A DNA stretch of 64,000 nt from Candidatus Yonathbacteria bacterium RIFCSPHIGHO2_02_FULL_44_14 (lineage in GTDB: Bacteria; Patescibacteriota; Minisyncoccia; Phycocordibacterales; UBA1550). Location of the stretch: positions 27,631-91,630 of the forward strand of contig MHUT01000006.1 of assembly GCA_001823535.1 (NCBI GenBank). The letters run 5' to 3'. Made by a program: the position numbers and the translations under genes. The notes under the pieces were generated by a model, which saw only the letters and a program-made list of their open reading frames with translations, had not been told where the DNA came from and did no database searches. Position 1 is the stretch's first letter; every line of letters begins with the position of its first letter. This document shows, in pieces, positions 1-9,752 of this stretch.

Positions 1-942
1 AAAGTTATTGTAACAGAATTGTTTATTTCTGTTATTGTGCTTGTCCTTATTGCAGAACTTTTCATTGCGAGTTCGTTTCTCGACTTATTTATTAAAACAG
101 GGATTACGGTGCTCATTATTTTTTCGAGCTCATTTTTAATCGGAAGCGTAAAACGCGAGATACAGTCCAAAGATAAAATCATGCGTCTATCGCGGGACAT
201 CGATTTAATATCAAAACGATTAAAAGTTCTCGACAAGAAAAAATCGGAATTTCTTTCTATCGCATCCCATCACCTGCGTGACCCGCTTACGGTCATCAAA
301 GGGTATGCCTCAATGCTTGGGGAGGGTTCCTTTGGTGAGCTTTCAGCACCAGTAAAAGAAGCAGTTGAAAAAATTTTTCATTCAAGCGAGCGTCTCATCA
401 CGATGATTTCGGACTTTATGGACATTTCCCGCATCGAGAGCGGTGATATGAGGTACAAGTTTGCTGATGTGGACATGAAAAGGCTCGTGCTTGATATCAC
501 GGGCGAAATGAAACAAAGTGCAGATCGCGCCCACCTGACTTTTAATACTACAATAAATGACGGAATATCCAATGATGAGCAATTTATAACGGTGGGCGAT
601 GCGGGCAAATTGAGACAAGTTATTTCGAACCTCATTGATAATTCCATAAAATATACCCCCCGCGGAGAAATATCTCTGCTTCTTTCCAAGAGTACCAACG
701 GCAAAAAAATTCTCTTTAGCATTTCAGATACGGGGATTGGAATGAGCGAAGTTACAAAGGAAAAGATCTTTCGAAAATTTAGTAGAGCTGAAGGAGTGAG
801 CAAGGTGTATACTGAAGGTACTGGTCTCGGCCTCTACGTGGCAAAAGAAGTCATCAAAAAACACGAGGGTCGCATTTGGGCTGAATCGAAGGGTGAGGGT
901 GCGGGCTCGACTTTTTATCTGGAGCTTGAGGTGAAAAGATAA
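1..942 (+). CDS. Sensor histidine kinase (HisKA + HATPase_c), 5'-truncated by window edge
   Basis: H-box EFLSIASHHLRDPL, N-box NLIDNSIKYT, G1 DTGIG, G2 GTGLGL. Frame is open from base 1. Confidence 0.93.
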   Translation, partial: KVIVTELFISVIVLVLIAELFIASSFLDLFIKTGITVLIIFSSSFLIGSVKREIQSKDKIMRLSRDIDLISKRLKVLDKKKSEFLSIASHHLRDPLTVIKGYASMLGEGSFGELSAPVKEAVEKIFHSSERLITMISDFMDISRIESGDMRYKFADVDMKRLVLDITGEMKQSADRAHLTFNTTINDGISNDEQFITVGDAGKLRQVISNLIDNSIKYTPRGEISLLLSKSTNGKKILFSISDTGIGMSEVTKEKIFRKFSRAEGVSKVYTEGTGLGLYVAKEVIKKHEGRIWAESKGEGAGSTFYLELEVKR

Positions 943-992
943 TGGAGAGACAGGGGCTTTAAAACACTGGTTTTTTCTGGTAGTATGAGGAA

Positions 993-1964
993 ATGCAGAA
1001 AACCTTACTATCGGGAGTAAAACCAACCGGAACAGTCCATATTGGAAACTATTTTGGAGCGATGCGTCAGTTTGTTGACCACCAAGACGACTACCGTCAG
1101 TTTATTTTTCTTGCGAACTATCATGCGCTTACCAGTGTTTCAGATGGTGCGCTTCTTCGCAAGCTCTCGCTCGATCTTGCGATTGATTATCTCGCTATTG
1201 GCATCGATCCGAAAAAGACTACACTTTTTCTCCAGTCGGATGTTCCCGAGGTGACTGAACTTGCCTGGATTTTTAACACAATTACCACCGTGCCGTATCT
1301 TTCTCGCGCCCATGCATACAAAGATGCTGAAGCAAAAAACAAAGAAGTGAGTGTGGGGCTTTTTGATTACCCGATTTTGATGGCAGCGGACATTTTGATA
1401 TATGGTGCGGATGTGGTGCCAGTGGGGCTTGACCAGAAACAGCATATTGAAATTGCACGCGACACCGCACAAAAATTTAATCGTGTTTTCGGTGAGACGT
1501 TCAAAATTCCTGAGCCAATCATTTTGGAAGAAGTAAAAACTGTTCCAGGCACCGATGGACGCAAGATGAGCAAGAGTTACAACAATGTTATTGGGCTTTT
1601 TGCGAGTGATGAGGAAATAAAAAAAGCCGTGATGAGCATCCCAACGGACTCAAAAGGTATTGAGGAATCAAAGAACCCAAGCGATTGCAAAGTCTTTGCA
1701 ATACACGAGCTTTTTCCCGGGAAAGATACTGAAGCACTTCGCGCACGGTACATTGCGGGAGGAATTGGATATAAGGAGTCTAAGGATTTGCTCATAGAGA
1801 AAATAATAGCATTTGTGTCACCTATGCGCGCACTTCGTGAAGAGATTGCTGGCGACACTGAAGCTGTTTTGAAAATTTTGAAAGAGGGCGCGCAAGTGGC
1901 TCGCAGGGAAGCTCAAAAGACAATGAGTGCCGTGCGAGAAAAAGTGGGACTAACTTTAAAATAA
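993..1964 (+). CDS. trpS: Tryptophan--tRNA ligase
   Basis: HIGN and KMSKS class I motifs, GLDQKQH motif. Confidence 0.97.
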   Translation: MQKTLLSGVKPTGTVHIGNYFGAMRQFVDHQDDYRQFIFLANYHALTSVSDGALLRKLSLDLAIDYLAIGIDPKKTTLFLQSDVPEVTELAWIFNTITTVPYLSRAHAYKDAEAKNKEVSVGLFDYPILMAADILIYGADVVPVGLDQKQHIEIARDTAQKFNRVFGETFKIPEPIILEEVKTVPGTDGRKMSKSYNNVIGLFASDEEIKKAVMSIPTDSKGIEESKNPSDCKVFAIHELFPGKDTEALRARYIAGGIGYKESKDLLIEKIIAFVSPMRALREEIAGDTEAVLKILKEGAQVARREAQKTMSAVREKVGLTLK

Positions 1965-1970
1965 AATAAT

Positions 1971-2210
1971 ATGGGACAAATGGAACAATCAACTGGAGCC
2001 GGATTTACTGAGAGACAGCAGCTTGCCAGGAATATGGCTCAAATGCAGCTTGCCTATGAGTCGGATCAAGCCGTCATTCCTTGGATTGAGGAGCATGCAA
2101 AGGATTTTGATGATTTAGTAAAGCGTGACCCGTTGATTCTTGAGGAGCTTGCAGAAGAAAAAACACACGCTAGCGCGATAGAAAAAGTCAAAAAAGAAAT
2201 ATATCATTAA
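1971..2210 (+). CDS. Hypothetical 79-aa acidic protein
   Basis: ORF tightly packed between trpS and aspS, no recognisable motif. Confidence 0.7.
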   Translation: MGQMEQSTGAGFTERQQLARNMAQMQLAYESDQAVIPWIEEHAKDFDDLVKRDPLILEELAEEKTHASAIEKVKKEIYH

Positions 2211-2214
2211 AATT

Positions 2215-3540
2215 ATGGAACGAACATATATCAAAGACCTAAAAAATCATATTGGGGAAGAAGTCACTGTTAAAGGATGGGTGGATATTCGTCGTGATCA
2301 TGGTAAGCTCATTTTTCTTGATCTTCGCGATATGACAGGCAAAGTGCAGATGGTTGCGCTCCCAAACAATGCCGAGGCCCACACTGCAGCTACAACTGCT
2401 CGTTCCGAGTGGGTTATTGGGGTGCGTGGCATGGTGAACACGCGCCCCCCAAAGATGGTAAAAGAAGGTCTCAATGGTGATCTGGAGATCGAGATGCTCG
2501 ACGTAAAAGTTTTAGGGAAAGCGCAGGAACTTCCGTTTGAGCTTGGAGCGGAGCTTAACCTTGATACCTATCTCGACAACCTCCCGCTTACTCTTCGTGA
2601 GGAAAAAGCGCGGGCGGTATTTAAAGTTCAGGCAGTAATTATACACGCATTTCGCAATTTTCTTGTTGGTGAAGGATTCACGGAATTTCAAGCGCCGAAA
2701 CTTATTGGAGAAGATGCAGAAGGCGGAGCAAACTCATTTAATGTTGAATATTTTGGCCATACTGCACACCTTGCACAGAGTCCGCAGCTCTACAAACAGA
2801 TCATGGTCGGCGTATTTGAGCGAGTATTCTCAACAGGTAATGTATATCGCGCAGAGAAACACAGCACAACGCGACATTTGAATGAATACACGAGCCTTGA
2901 TATCGAGATGGGTTTTATCAAGGACCATACTGATGTGATGAATATGGAAAATCGTATTCTCGCGTACATCACCAAAGAGCTCAAAGAAAAGTGCGCTGCT
3001 GAGTTTGCTCTTTTTGGAGCAACCATTCCTGAGGTTCCAGAAAAAATTCCTGCAATGAAACTCCGCGAAGCGCAGGAGATTATCAAAAAGGAAACGGGGG
3101 AGGATTGCACAAAAGAGCCTGACCTCGAACCCGCACACGAACGTTTCCTCTGCGAGTATGCAAAACGTGAATTCGATTCTGATTTTATTTTCATCACGCA
3201 TTTTCCAATTACCAAGCGACCATTCTACACACACGAAGACGAGACTGATCCTGGTTATGCAAAGGGCGGTGACTTACTTTTCCGTGGTATCGAGATTACA
3301 ACGCTTGCACAGCGTATTCATGACTACGACACCCTCGTACAGTCGATGAAAAACAAGGGACTTGATCCTGAAAAGTTTCGCTTCTATTTGCAGGCTTTCA
3401 AATATGGAATGCCTCCGCACGGCGGGCTAGGGCTTGGTCTAGAACGTTTGACTACAAAGTTTCTTGGACTCGAAAATGTGAAGCAAGCGACGCTTTTCCC
3501 GCGCGATCTCAACCGCATTGACATGTTGCTCTCAAATTAA
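2215..3540 (+). CDS. aspS: Aspartate--tRNA ligase, short archaeal-type (likely non-discriminating)
   Basis: OB-fold N-terminus, LAQSPQLYKQ, YRAEKH..RHLNE, PPHGGLGLGLER. 441 aa with no GAD insertion. Confidence 0.93.
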   Translation: MERTYIKDLKNHIGEEVTVKGWVDIRRDHGKLIFLDLRDMTGKVQMVALPNNAEAHTAATTARSEWVIGVRGMVNTRPPKMVKEGLNGDLEIEMLDVKVLGKAQELPFELGAELNLDTYLDNLPLTLREEKARAVFKVQAVIIHAFRNFLVGEGFTEFQAPKLIGEDAEGGANSFNVEYFGHTAHLAQSPQLYKQIMVGVFERVFSTGNVYRAEKHSTTRHLNEYTSLDIEMGFIKDHTDVMNMENRILAYITKELKEKCAAEFALFGATIPEVPEKIPAMKLREAQEIIKKETGEDCTKEPDLEPAHERFLCEYAKREFDSDFIFITHFPITKRPFYTHEDETDPGYAKGGDLLFRGIEITTLAQRIHDYDTLVQSMKNKGLDPEKFRFYLQAFKYGMPPHGGLGLGLERLTTKFLGLENVKQATLFPRDLNRIDMLLSN

Positions 3541-3542
3541 AT

Positions 3543-3884
3543 ATGCTCAATCAAGCTATCTTGATTCTATTCGCTGGCGGAACATTTCTAACTCTTGGAG
3601 ATATTACCGCTAAAAAATGGGTAGAGCTTTCAGATGGCAGGTTTTCTGTTGCTACACCATATTATGTTTTGAGCCTTGCATTTTATTGTGTAGGAGTTAC
3701 GTTATTCGCGTTTACACTAAAACAAAAAAATATTGCCATCGCGACAGTCATCCTTATCTTTTTTAACGTGCTTACCGTTTCAATTGCGGGCTACTTGTTG
3801 TTCAATGAAAAATTTTCAGCCCTTCAAATCTTGGGAATAGCCATTGGTTTTTCGGCTGTTGTTATTCTTGAAATAGCGGAGTAA
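3543..3884 (+). CDS. SMR/DMT-family small membrane transporter
   Basis: 113 aa, four hydrophobic helices, LFNEKFS..QILGI pattern. Confidence 0.75.
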   Translation: MLNQAILILFAGGTFLTLGDITAKKWVELSDGRFSVATPYYVLSLAFYCVGVTLFAFTLKQKNIAIATVILIFFNVLTVSIAGYLLFNEKFSALQILGIAIGFSAVVILEIAE

Positions 3885-3910
3885 TATTGAAAAAATAGGA
3901 GATACATATA

Positions 3911-4651
3911 ATGACTCACGATTATCAAATTAAAACAGATGTATTTGAAGGACCACTTGAGCTCTTGCTTGACCTTGTAGAGAAGCGCAAACTTTTTATC
4001 AACGAGATTTCGCTTGCTCAGGTTGCGGATGATTACATCGCGCATCTAAAGGAGTTTGAAAAAATGCCCGTGGATTTTGTATCCAACTTCCTTATTGTTG
4101 CGGCAACACTTATCCTCATTAAGTCAAAATCACTCTTACCAACACTTTCTTTAACAGAAGAAGAAACCCATGACATTGATGAACTTGAGAGACGTCTTAA
4201 GGAGTACCAGAAAATCCGCGAGCTGTCCGTGCATGTAAAGCAAATGTTTGGCGCGAAAATCTCTTTTCCAAAAGGGCAATCTCGAGAGCGCGAAGCAGTG
4301 TTTACACCAAGCGAAGAAATTACTGTTAAAAGTATTTTTTCGGCAGTGAAGGATGTTATTCTTCATTTCCCGAAAAAAATCACGCTTCCAAAAGTTGTAG
4401 TGAAAAAAGTTATCTCGCTTGAGGATATGATGGACAGGCTAACTACACGTATTACAGGAAGCTTGAAAATGAGCTTTCGTGATTTCGCCGGCGTAGGGAA
4501 GGAGGAGAAAGTAAATATTATCGTGAGTTTCCTCGCCATGCTTGAATTGGTTAAGCAGGGGATGATCGCCGTAACGCAAGGATCTCATGGCGATGATATT
4601 GAAATCGAAACTAAAGTGCTCGAGACGCCAAATTACGGCGCTTCCACATAG
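3911..4651 (+). CDS. scpA: Segregation and condensation protein A
   Basis: FEGPLELLLDL N-terminus and FLAMLEL C-terminal motif. Confidence 0.95.
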   Translation: MTHDYQIKTDVFEGPLELLLDLVEKRKLFINEISLAQVADDYIAHLKEFEKMPVDFVSNFLIVAATLILIKSKSLLPTLSLTEEETHDIDELERRLKEYQKIRELSVHVKQMFGAKISFPKGQSREREAVFTPSEEITVKSIFSAVKDVILHFPKKITLPKVVVKKVISLEDMMDRLTTRITGSLKMSFRDFAGVGKEEKVNIIVSFLAMLELVKQGMIAVTQGSHGDDIEIETKVLETPNYGAST

Positions 4652-4689
4652 TCCCCAATCCTGATATTCGGTTTTTCGACTAATCCTTT

Positions 4690-4733
4690 ACTATGTACCT
4701 ATTTTGCTCGATAGAGCAAAATAGGTACATAGT
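4690..4733. repeat. Perfect 20-bp inverted repeat (4-nt loop) between scpA and scpB
   Basis: ACTATGTACCTATTTTGCTC-GATA-GAGCAAAATAGGTACATAGT. Confidence 0.9.
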
Positions 4734-4767
4734 TGGTGCATCATGAGCATGTGATACAATAGGCTAT

Positions 4768-5322
4768 ATGGAACTTTCCCAACAAATCGAAGCATTATTA
4801 TTTTTTAAGGGCGAGCCAGTAACGGTAGCTTTTTTGGCTAAAACCCTTGGTGTATCAGATGACGACGTGATGCAGGGGCTTCTTGGGCTTGAGCAGGCAC
4901 TTCTGGGACGCGGAATTATCCTGATGCAAAATGCCGGTGAATATATGTTGGGAACGACACCGCAAATGGGTCAGACCATAGAAGAGAAGCTTCTAAAAGA
5001 AGAACTTGCAAAGGATCTGGGGAAGGCCGGTCTTGAGACACTCGCGACCGTGCTTTACCGAGGGCCGATTTTGAGGAGCGAGATCAACTATCTGCGCGGA
5101 GTGAATTCAAATTATATTTTGCGCAACCTGCTCATCCGCGGACTTATTGAAAAAGTTGATCAAGGTGGACGAAGCACCGTGTATCAGCCAACATTCGAGC
5201 TATTGTCGTATATGGGAGTTAGTAAAGTGTCGGATTTGCCAGGGTACGATGATGCAAACAAGGATATTGAGGAGTTTAAAGAAGCAGAAAAAACAACAGA
5301 CCATGAACACGAAAAGGGATAG
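4768..5322 (+). CDS. scpB: Segregation and condensation protein B
   Basis: IEALLF, LETLATVLYRGPI, YLRGVNS motifs, adjacent to scpA. Confidence 0.95.
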   Translation: MELSQQIEALLFFKGEPVTVAFLAKTLGVSDDDVMQGLLGLEQALLGRGIILMQNAGEYMLGTTPQMGQTIEEKLLKEELAKDLGKAGLETLATVLYRGPILRSEINYLRGVNSNYILRNLLIRGLIEKVDQGGRSTVYQPTFELLSYMGVSKVSDLPGYDDANKDIEEFKEAEKTTDHEHEKG

Positions 5323-6286
5323 AGAAAAAATTATCACAAAGCGCGCTCACGCGCTTTTGGTCGTGCTCGGTGGCGGGGCAGGTATCGCAATCCTTATGCA
5401 AGGGCTGCTCTCTTTTGCCCTGCCAACCTCGGCAGAATCAGTTATGGATGTACCGAAGGAAATTCGTTCTGCAACTACTACAAACCCTTTTGAAAATATT
5501 TCCATTGAGGCACGTGCAGTATACGTCTTTCGTTTAAATACCAGCACTGTATTATATGCCAAAAATGAAAATGAAAAACTTCCTCTTGCGTCGATTACAA
5601 AACTCATGACCGCACTTGTTGCGCGAGAATATTTTAGCGAAAGTGCAGCAATGACTCTTTCGTCTGATGATATTTCAGCGGAAGGAGATTCGGGACTTCG
5701 CGTTGGAGAAAGATGGAGATTTGGAGATTTGCTTAACGTGATGCTGCTCGTTTCTTCAAACGATGCCGCGCATGCAGTTGCTAGTTTTGTGGGGTCGGAA
5801 GGTAGAGTCTCTCAAGGTATTAATACCACCCTCGCGCGAGCCAGCTTTGTGCAGATGATGAACGAAAAAGCACTTGCCTTCAAGTTTGAGCAAATGCAGT
5901 TTTTTAATGAGTCGGGGCTTGATGTGAGTATGACGCAAAACGGCGGATATGGTTCTGCGCGCAATGTCGCAGAACTTTTTGCTGAATTATGGAAAAAATA
6001 TCCCGAGACTGTTGAGATAACCGCACATAAAGACGCACGCATTTTTTCCCAGGACAGCATTGCACATATTTTGCCAAACACAAACGAAATAGTCGGGCAT
6101 ATCCCCGGACTCGTTGCCTCAAAGACTGGCTTTACGGACATTTCGGGGGGCAATTTGGCAGTTATTTTTGATCGGGGGATAGGTGACCCTGTCGCCGTGG
6201 TTGTTCTTGGGTCGAGCTATAAGGGACGTTTTGTTGACGTGCAAAAGCTTATCACTGCAACACTAAATTCTATTCAAAACAACTAA
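5303..6286 (+). CDS. D-alanyl-D-alanine carboxypeptidase (peptidase S11)
   Basis: SxxK (ASITK), SxN (SSN), KTG triad and N-terminal TM. Start taken at ATG 5303. Confidence 0.9.
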   Translation: MNTKRDREKIITKRAHALLVVLGGGAGIAILMQGLLSFALPTSAESVMDVPKEIRSATTTNPFENISIEARAVYVFRLNTSTVLYAKNENEKLPLASITKLMTALVAREYFSESAAMTLSSDDISAEGDSGLRVGERWRFGDLLNVMLLVSSNDAAHAVASFVGSEGRVSQGINTTLARASFVQMMNEKALAFKFEQMQFFNESGLDVSMTQNGGYGSARNVAELFAELWKKYPETVEITAHKDARIFSQDSIAHILPNTNEIVGHIPGLVASKTGFTDISGGNLAVIFDRGIGDPVAVVVLGSSYKGRFVDVQKLITATLNSIQNN

Positions 6287-6334
6287 ACGTCTATTTGCGA
6301 TACTCATCGTTTGGCGATATAATGAGGGCATATT

Positions 6335-7390
6335 ATGCTAATTGATGTTGTTAAAATCCTTCTTCCCACCGCTACTGCCTTCTTTGTTGGTATCGCAATA
6401 ACCCCATTTCTTACGGATTTTCTTTATCACCATAAGATGTGGAAGAAGTCGAGTGTTAAGCTCACGATGGACGGTAGGGAAGCGACCATCTCGGGCAAGC
6501 TTCACAATGATGAAGAGCGAAAAACCCCGCGCATGGGTGGGGTGGTAGTGTGGGGGTCGGTTTTTATCACTGCGTTTTTGTTTTTTATACTGGCAGCAAT
6601 TTTTCCAGACAGTTTTTTTGCTAAACTCTCATTTCTCTCACGTGAGCAGACCTGGCTCCCACTCTTTACACTTATTGCTGGCGCACTTTTTGGTCTTATT
6701 GATGATTATCTTGTTTGTCGTGAATCAGGCACCTATGCGGGTGGCGGTCTATCTCTCCGTGTAAGACTTGCTTTTGTATTTTTTCTTGCGACAGCAGGTG
6801 CGTGGTGGTTTTATGTAAAGCTGGGGATGGATATCGTACATGTGCCGTTTGTCGGGGATGTGTATTTGGGAGTGTGGTTTATTCCACTATTCATTATTTT
6901 TATGATTGGTATTTATTCCGGCGGGATTATAGACGGTGTTGACGGGCTCTCGGGCGGTGTTTTTGCGTCAATTTTTACCGCGTACGCGGTCATTGCTTTC
7001 GCGCAAGGGCAAATTGACCTTGCGGCATTTTCGAGTGTGCTCGTCGGAGGACTCCTCGCGTTCCTTTGGTTTAATATACCACCCGCACGTTTTTTTAATT
7101 CTGAAACAGGAACAATGGCTCTCACGACCGCCCTTACTGTTGTTGCTTTTTTAACGAAGGCAGTCCTCGTTCTTCCAATCATTGCATTTATTCTTATTGC
7201 AACAAGCGCCTCTAGTCTGATTCAGATTCTTTCAAAAAGATATCGCGGTGGCAAAAAGGTATTTTTGGTAGCACCGCTACACAATCATTTTCAAGCACTC
7301 GGCTGGCCGCCATACAAGGTGACAATGCGATATTGGGTCATATCAGTTGTACTCGCTCTTGTTGGTACAATAATCGCACTGGTAGGATAA
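6335..7390 (+). CDS. mraY: Phospho-N-acetylmuramoyl-pentapeptide transferase
   Basis: TPRMGG, LIDD, DGVDGL, APLHNHF motifs, polytopic. Confidence 0.95.
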   Translation: MLIDVVKILLPTATAFFVGIAITPFLTDFLYHHKMWKKSSVKLTMDGREATISGKLHNDEERKTPRMGGVVVWGSVFITAFLFFILAAIFPDSFFAKLSFLSREQTWLPLFTLIAGALFGLIDDYLVCRESGTYAGGGLSLRVRLAFVFFLATAGAWWFYVKLGMDIVHVPFVGDVYLGVWFIPLFIIFMIGIYSGGIIDGVDGLSGGVFASIFTAYAVIAFAQGQIDLAAFSSVLVGGLLAFLWFNIPPARFFNSETGTMALTTALTVVAFLTKAVLVLPIIAFILIATSASSLIQILSKRYRGGKKVFLVAPLHNHFQALGWPPYKVTMRYWVISVVLALVGTIIALVG

Positions 7391-7420
7391 TTGCCTAGTG
7401 ATTTGATGACATAAGATGAT

Positions 7421-8524
7421 ATGAAAAAAAATCAATCAATTGATAAAATATTTCTCAGCATCACTGCTCTCCTTGCGTTGGTTGGGCTTTTTGTTTTCAC
7501 ATCTGCTTCATTTGGGCTTTTTGCGCGCAAGGGATTTTCTTTGCAGGATCTCCTGTTTGATCAGGTAGTTCTTGGACTTTTTTTGGGAATAATTGTTGCA
7601 GCAGTAGTTGCGTTCAAGTTTCCATTAAAATTCTTGCAGGCCAACGCACTCTATTTTTTTATAGGTTCGATTGTTATTTCTTTGTTCGTTTTTGTGCCTG
7701 GGGTGGGGCTTGAGCACGGTGGAGCACATAGATGGATCGATCTCGGAATAATTTCGTTTCAACCCTCAGAGCTTCTCAAGCTTGGCACGATTATCTATTT
7801 TGCCGCACTCCTGCCCCTCTTTAGAGAGCGTATCGGTACGTTGAAGTATGCTATTGGCGTCACGGCAGGAATACTCTTTTTCCCCGCGGTAATTTTGCTT
7901 CTGGAGCCCGACACAGGAACATTTGCGGTAGTTTTTACGGCAATAACAGCAATGCTCCTTGCGGCTGGCATGAAGATTCGTCATTTTGTACTTATTATTG
8001 TCGTCAGCATCCTTGCCATCGGCATTTTGGCAATCGCGCGTCCGTATGTGGGTGAGCGCTTACTTACGTATCTTGACCCATCGCGTGACCCGCAGGGAGC
8101 AAGCTACCAGATTCAGAAATCACTTCTTGCCATCGGCTCAGGCGGTATAACCGGGCGGGGGTTTGGTCAAAGTATTCAGAAATTCGGATCTCTTCCCGAG
8201 CCGACTGGCGACTCAATTTTTGCAGTAGTGGGGGAGGAGTTCGGATTTATTGGAGGGTCGACAATCGTAATTTTATTCCTATTGTTTGGCGTTCGGGGAA
8301 TCCAAATAGCGCGTCGCGCCCCAGATATGTTTGAATCGCTTTTAGCCGTCGGAATTGTTATACTGATAATATCGCAGTCATTTGCGAATATCGCAGCGAT
8401 GCTCGGACTTATACCGCTTACGGGAGTGCCGCTTGTTTTTGTGAGTCATGGCGGCACTGCGCTCCTTTTCGCTTTCCTCGAAGTCGGCATTCTCCTTAAT
8501 ATTTCTAAATTATCAAAAGCATGA
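7421..8524 (+). CDS. ftsW: SEDS peptidoglycan polymerase FtsW
   Basis: GAHRW, FQPSE, EPDTG, LPEPTGDSIF, LVFVSHGG motifs. Lies between mraY and murG. Confidence 0.92.
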   Translation: MKKNQSIDKIFLSITALLALVGLFVFTSASFGLFARKGFSLQDLLFDQVVLGLFLGIIVAAVVAFKFPLKFLQANALYFFIGSIVISLFVFVPGVGLEHGGAHRWIDLGIISFQPSELLKLGTIIYFAALLPLFRERIGTLKYAIGVTAGILFFPAVILLLEPDTGTFAVVFTAITAMLLAAGMKIRHFVLIIVVSILAIGILAIARPYVGERLLTYLDPSRDPQGASYQIQKSLLAIGSGGITGRGFGQSIQKFGSLPEPTGDSIFAVVGEEFGFIGGSTIVILFLLFGVRGIQIARRAPDMFESLLAVGIVILIISQSFANIAAMLGLIPLTGVPLVFVSHGGTALLFAFLEVGILLNISKLSKA

Positions 8525-9648
8525 AAATTCTTTTTACCGGAGGCGGTAGCGGCGGACATTTTTATCCGATTATTGCCGTTGCTGAAAAATTAAATAAGAT
8601 GCTTGATCGCGAAAAAATGGCGAGCGCAGAGCTTTACTACATGTCGACCGAACCTTATAACGAAAGGCTATTGTATGACAATAAAATAAAATTCAAACGG
8701 GTGACAGCAGGAAAAATGCGCGCATATTTCTCCATTCAAAACTTCTTTGATATATGGAAGACCAGCTGGGGCATTTTCAAGGCGCTTTTTCAACTTTTTG
8801 CATTGTATCCCGATGTTATTTTTGGAAAAGGAGGATTTCCGAGTTTCCCCGTTCTTTTTGCCGCCCGCCTTTTTCGCATCCCAGTGATTATTCACGAATC
8901 AGACAGTGTCCCCGGACGCGTAAACGCATGGGCGGGGAAATTTGCACAAAAAATAGCGATCTCTTATGCTGAGGCAGCGCAGTTTTTCCCCGAAGGCCGC
9001 ACGGCGCTTACGGGAAACCCGATTCGAGAAGAAGTTCTTCGACCATCAGGGAAGGAGGCGTTTAAAGAGCTTGGGCTGGATCCAAATATTCCAGTACTTC
9101 TTGTTCTTGGTGGTTCTCAAGGTGCGCGCGCTATCAACAATCAAATGGAGACGCTTGCGCCGCGGCTTGTAGAAAAATACCAAATTATTCATCAAGCGGG
9201 TGAAGTAAATATGGCCGAAGTCCAGACTACCGTGAACGGTCTTTTGGGAGGCAATCCAAATGCATCACGTTACCACATTTATGGATACATGGGTTCTGAA
9301 ACAATGAAGCTTTCCGCTGAGGCGACTACTGTTGTTGTGTCCCGCGCTGGGTCTGCGATTTTTGAAATTGCGGCGTGGGGCATACCCGCAATACTTATTC
9401 CGATTGCAAACCATGTTGGCGATCATCAACGGAAAAATGCGTTTGCTTATGCGCGGTCGGGTGGTGCGGTGGTTATAGAAGAGGCAAATCTCGGACCAAA
9501 TATTTTGCTGTCAGAAATAGAAAATTTAATGCAAGATGAGAATAAACGTGCTGTAATGAAAGAATCGGCTAAAGTATTTGCGCGTACCGATGCGGCCGAA
9601 AAAATTGCCGAGCAGATTATTGCGGTTCTTTTGCGGCATCAGATTTAA
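8521..9648 (+). CDS. murG: UDP-GlcNAc:lipid I transferase MurG
   Basis: GGGSGGH, HESD, GNPIR, GGSQGA, SRAG, HQRKNA motifs. Confidence 0.96.
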   Translation: MKILFTGGGSGGHFYPIIAVAEKLNKMLDREKMASAELYYMSTEPYNERLLYDNKIKFKRVTAGKMRAYFSIQNFFDIWKTSWGIFKALFQLFALYPDVIFGKGGFPSFPVLFAARLFRIPVIIHESDSVPGRVNAWAGKFAQKIAISYAEAAQFFPEGRTALTGNPIREEVLRPSGKEAFKELGLDPNIPVLLVLGGSQGARAINNQMETLAPRLVEKYQIIHQAGEVNMAEVQTTVNGLLGGNPNASRYHIYGYMGSETMKLSAEATTVVVSRAGSAIFEIAAWGIPAILIPIANHVGDHQRKNAFAYARSGGAVVIEEANLGPNILLSEIENLMQDENKRAVMKESAKVFARTDAAEKIAEQIIAVLLRHQI

Positions 9649-9752
9649 GAATAGAAGCTGCGCGATATCTTCTTGTGTCGTGTTGCCGGCTTAGGTACCA
9701 TGTGTCTCATAGCAGAGCGCGCGATAATACTCGTTTGCTACAATAAAAAAAT

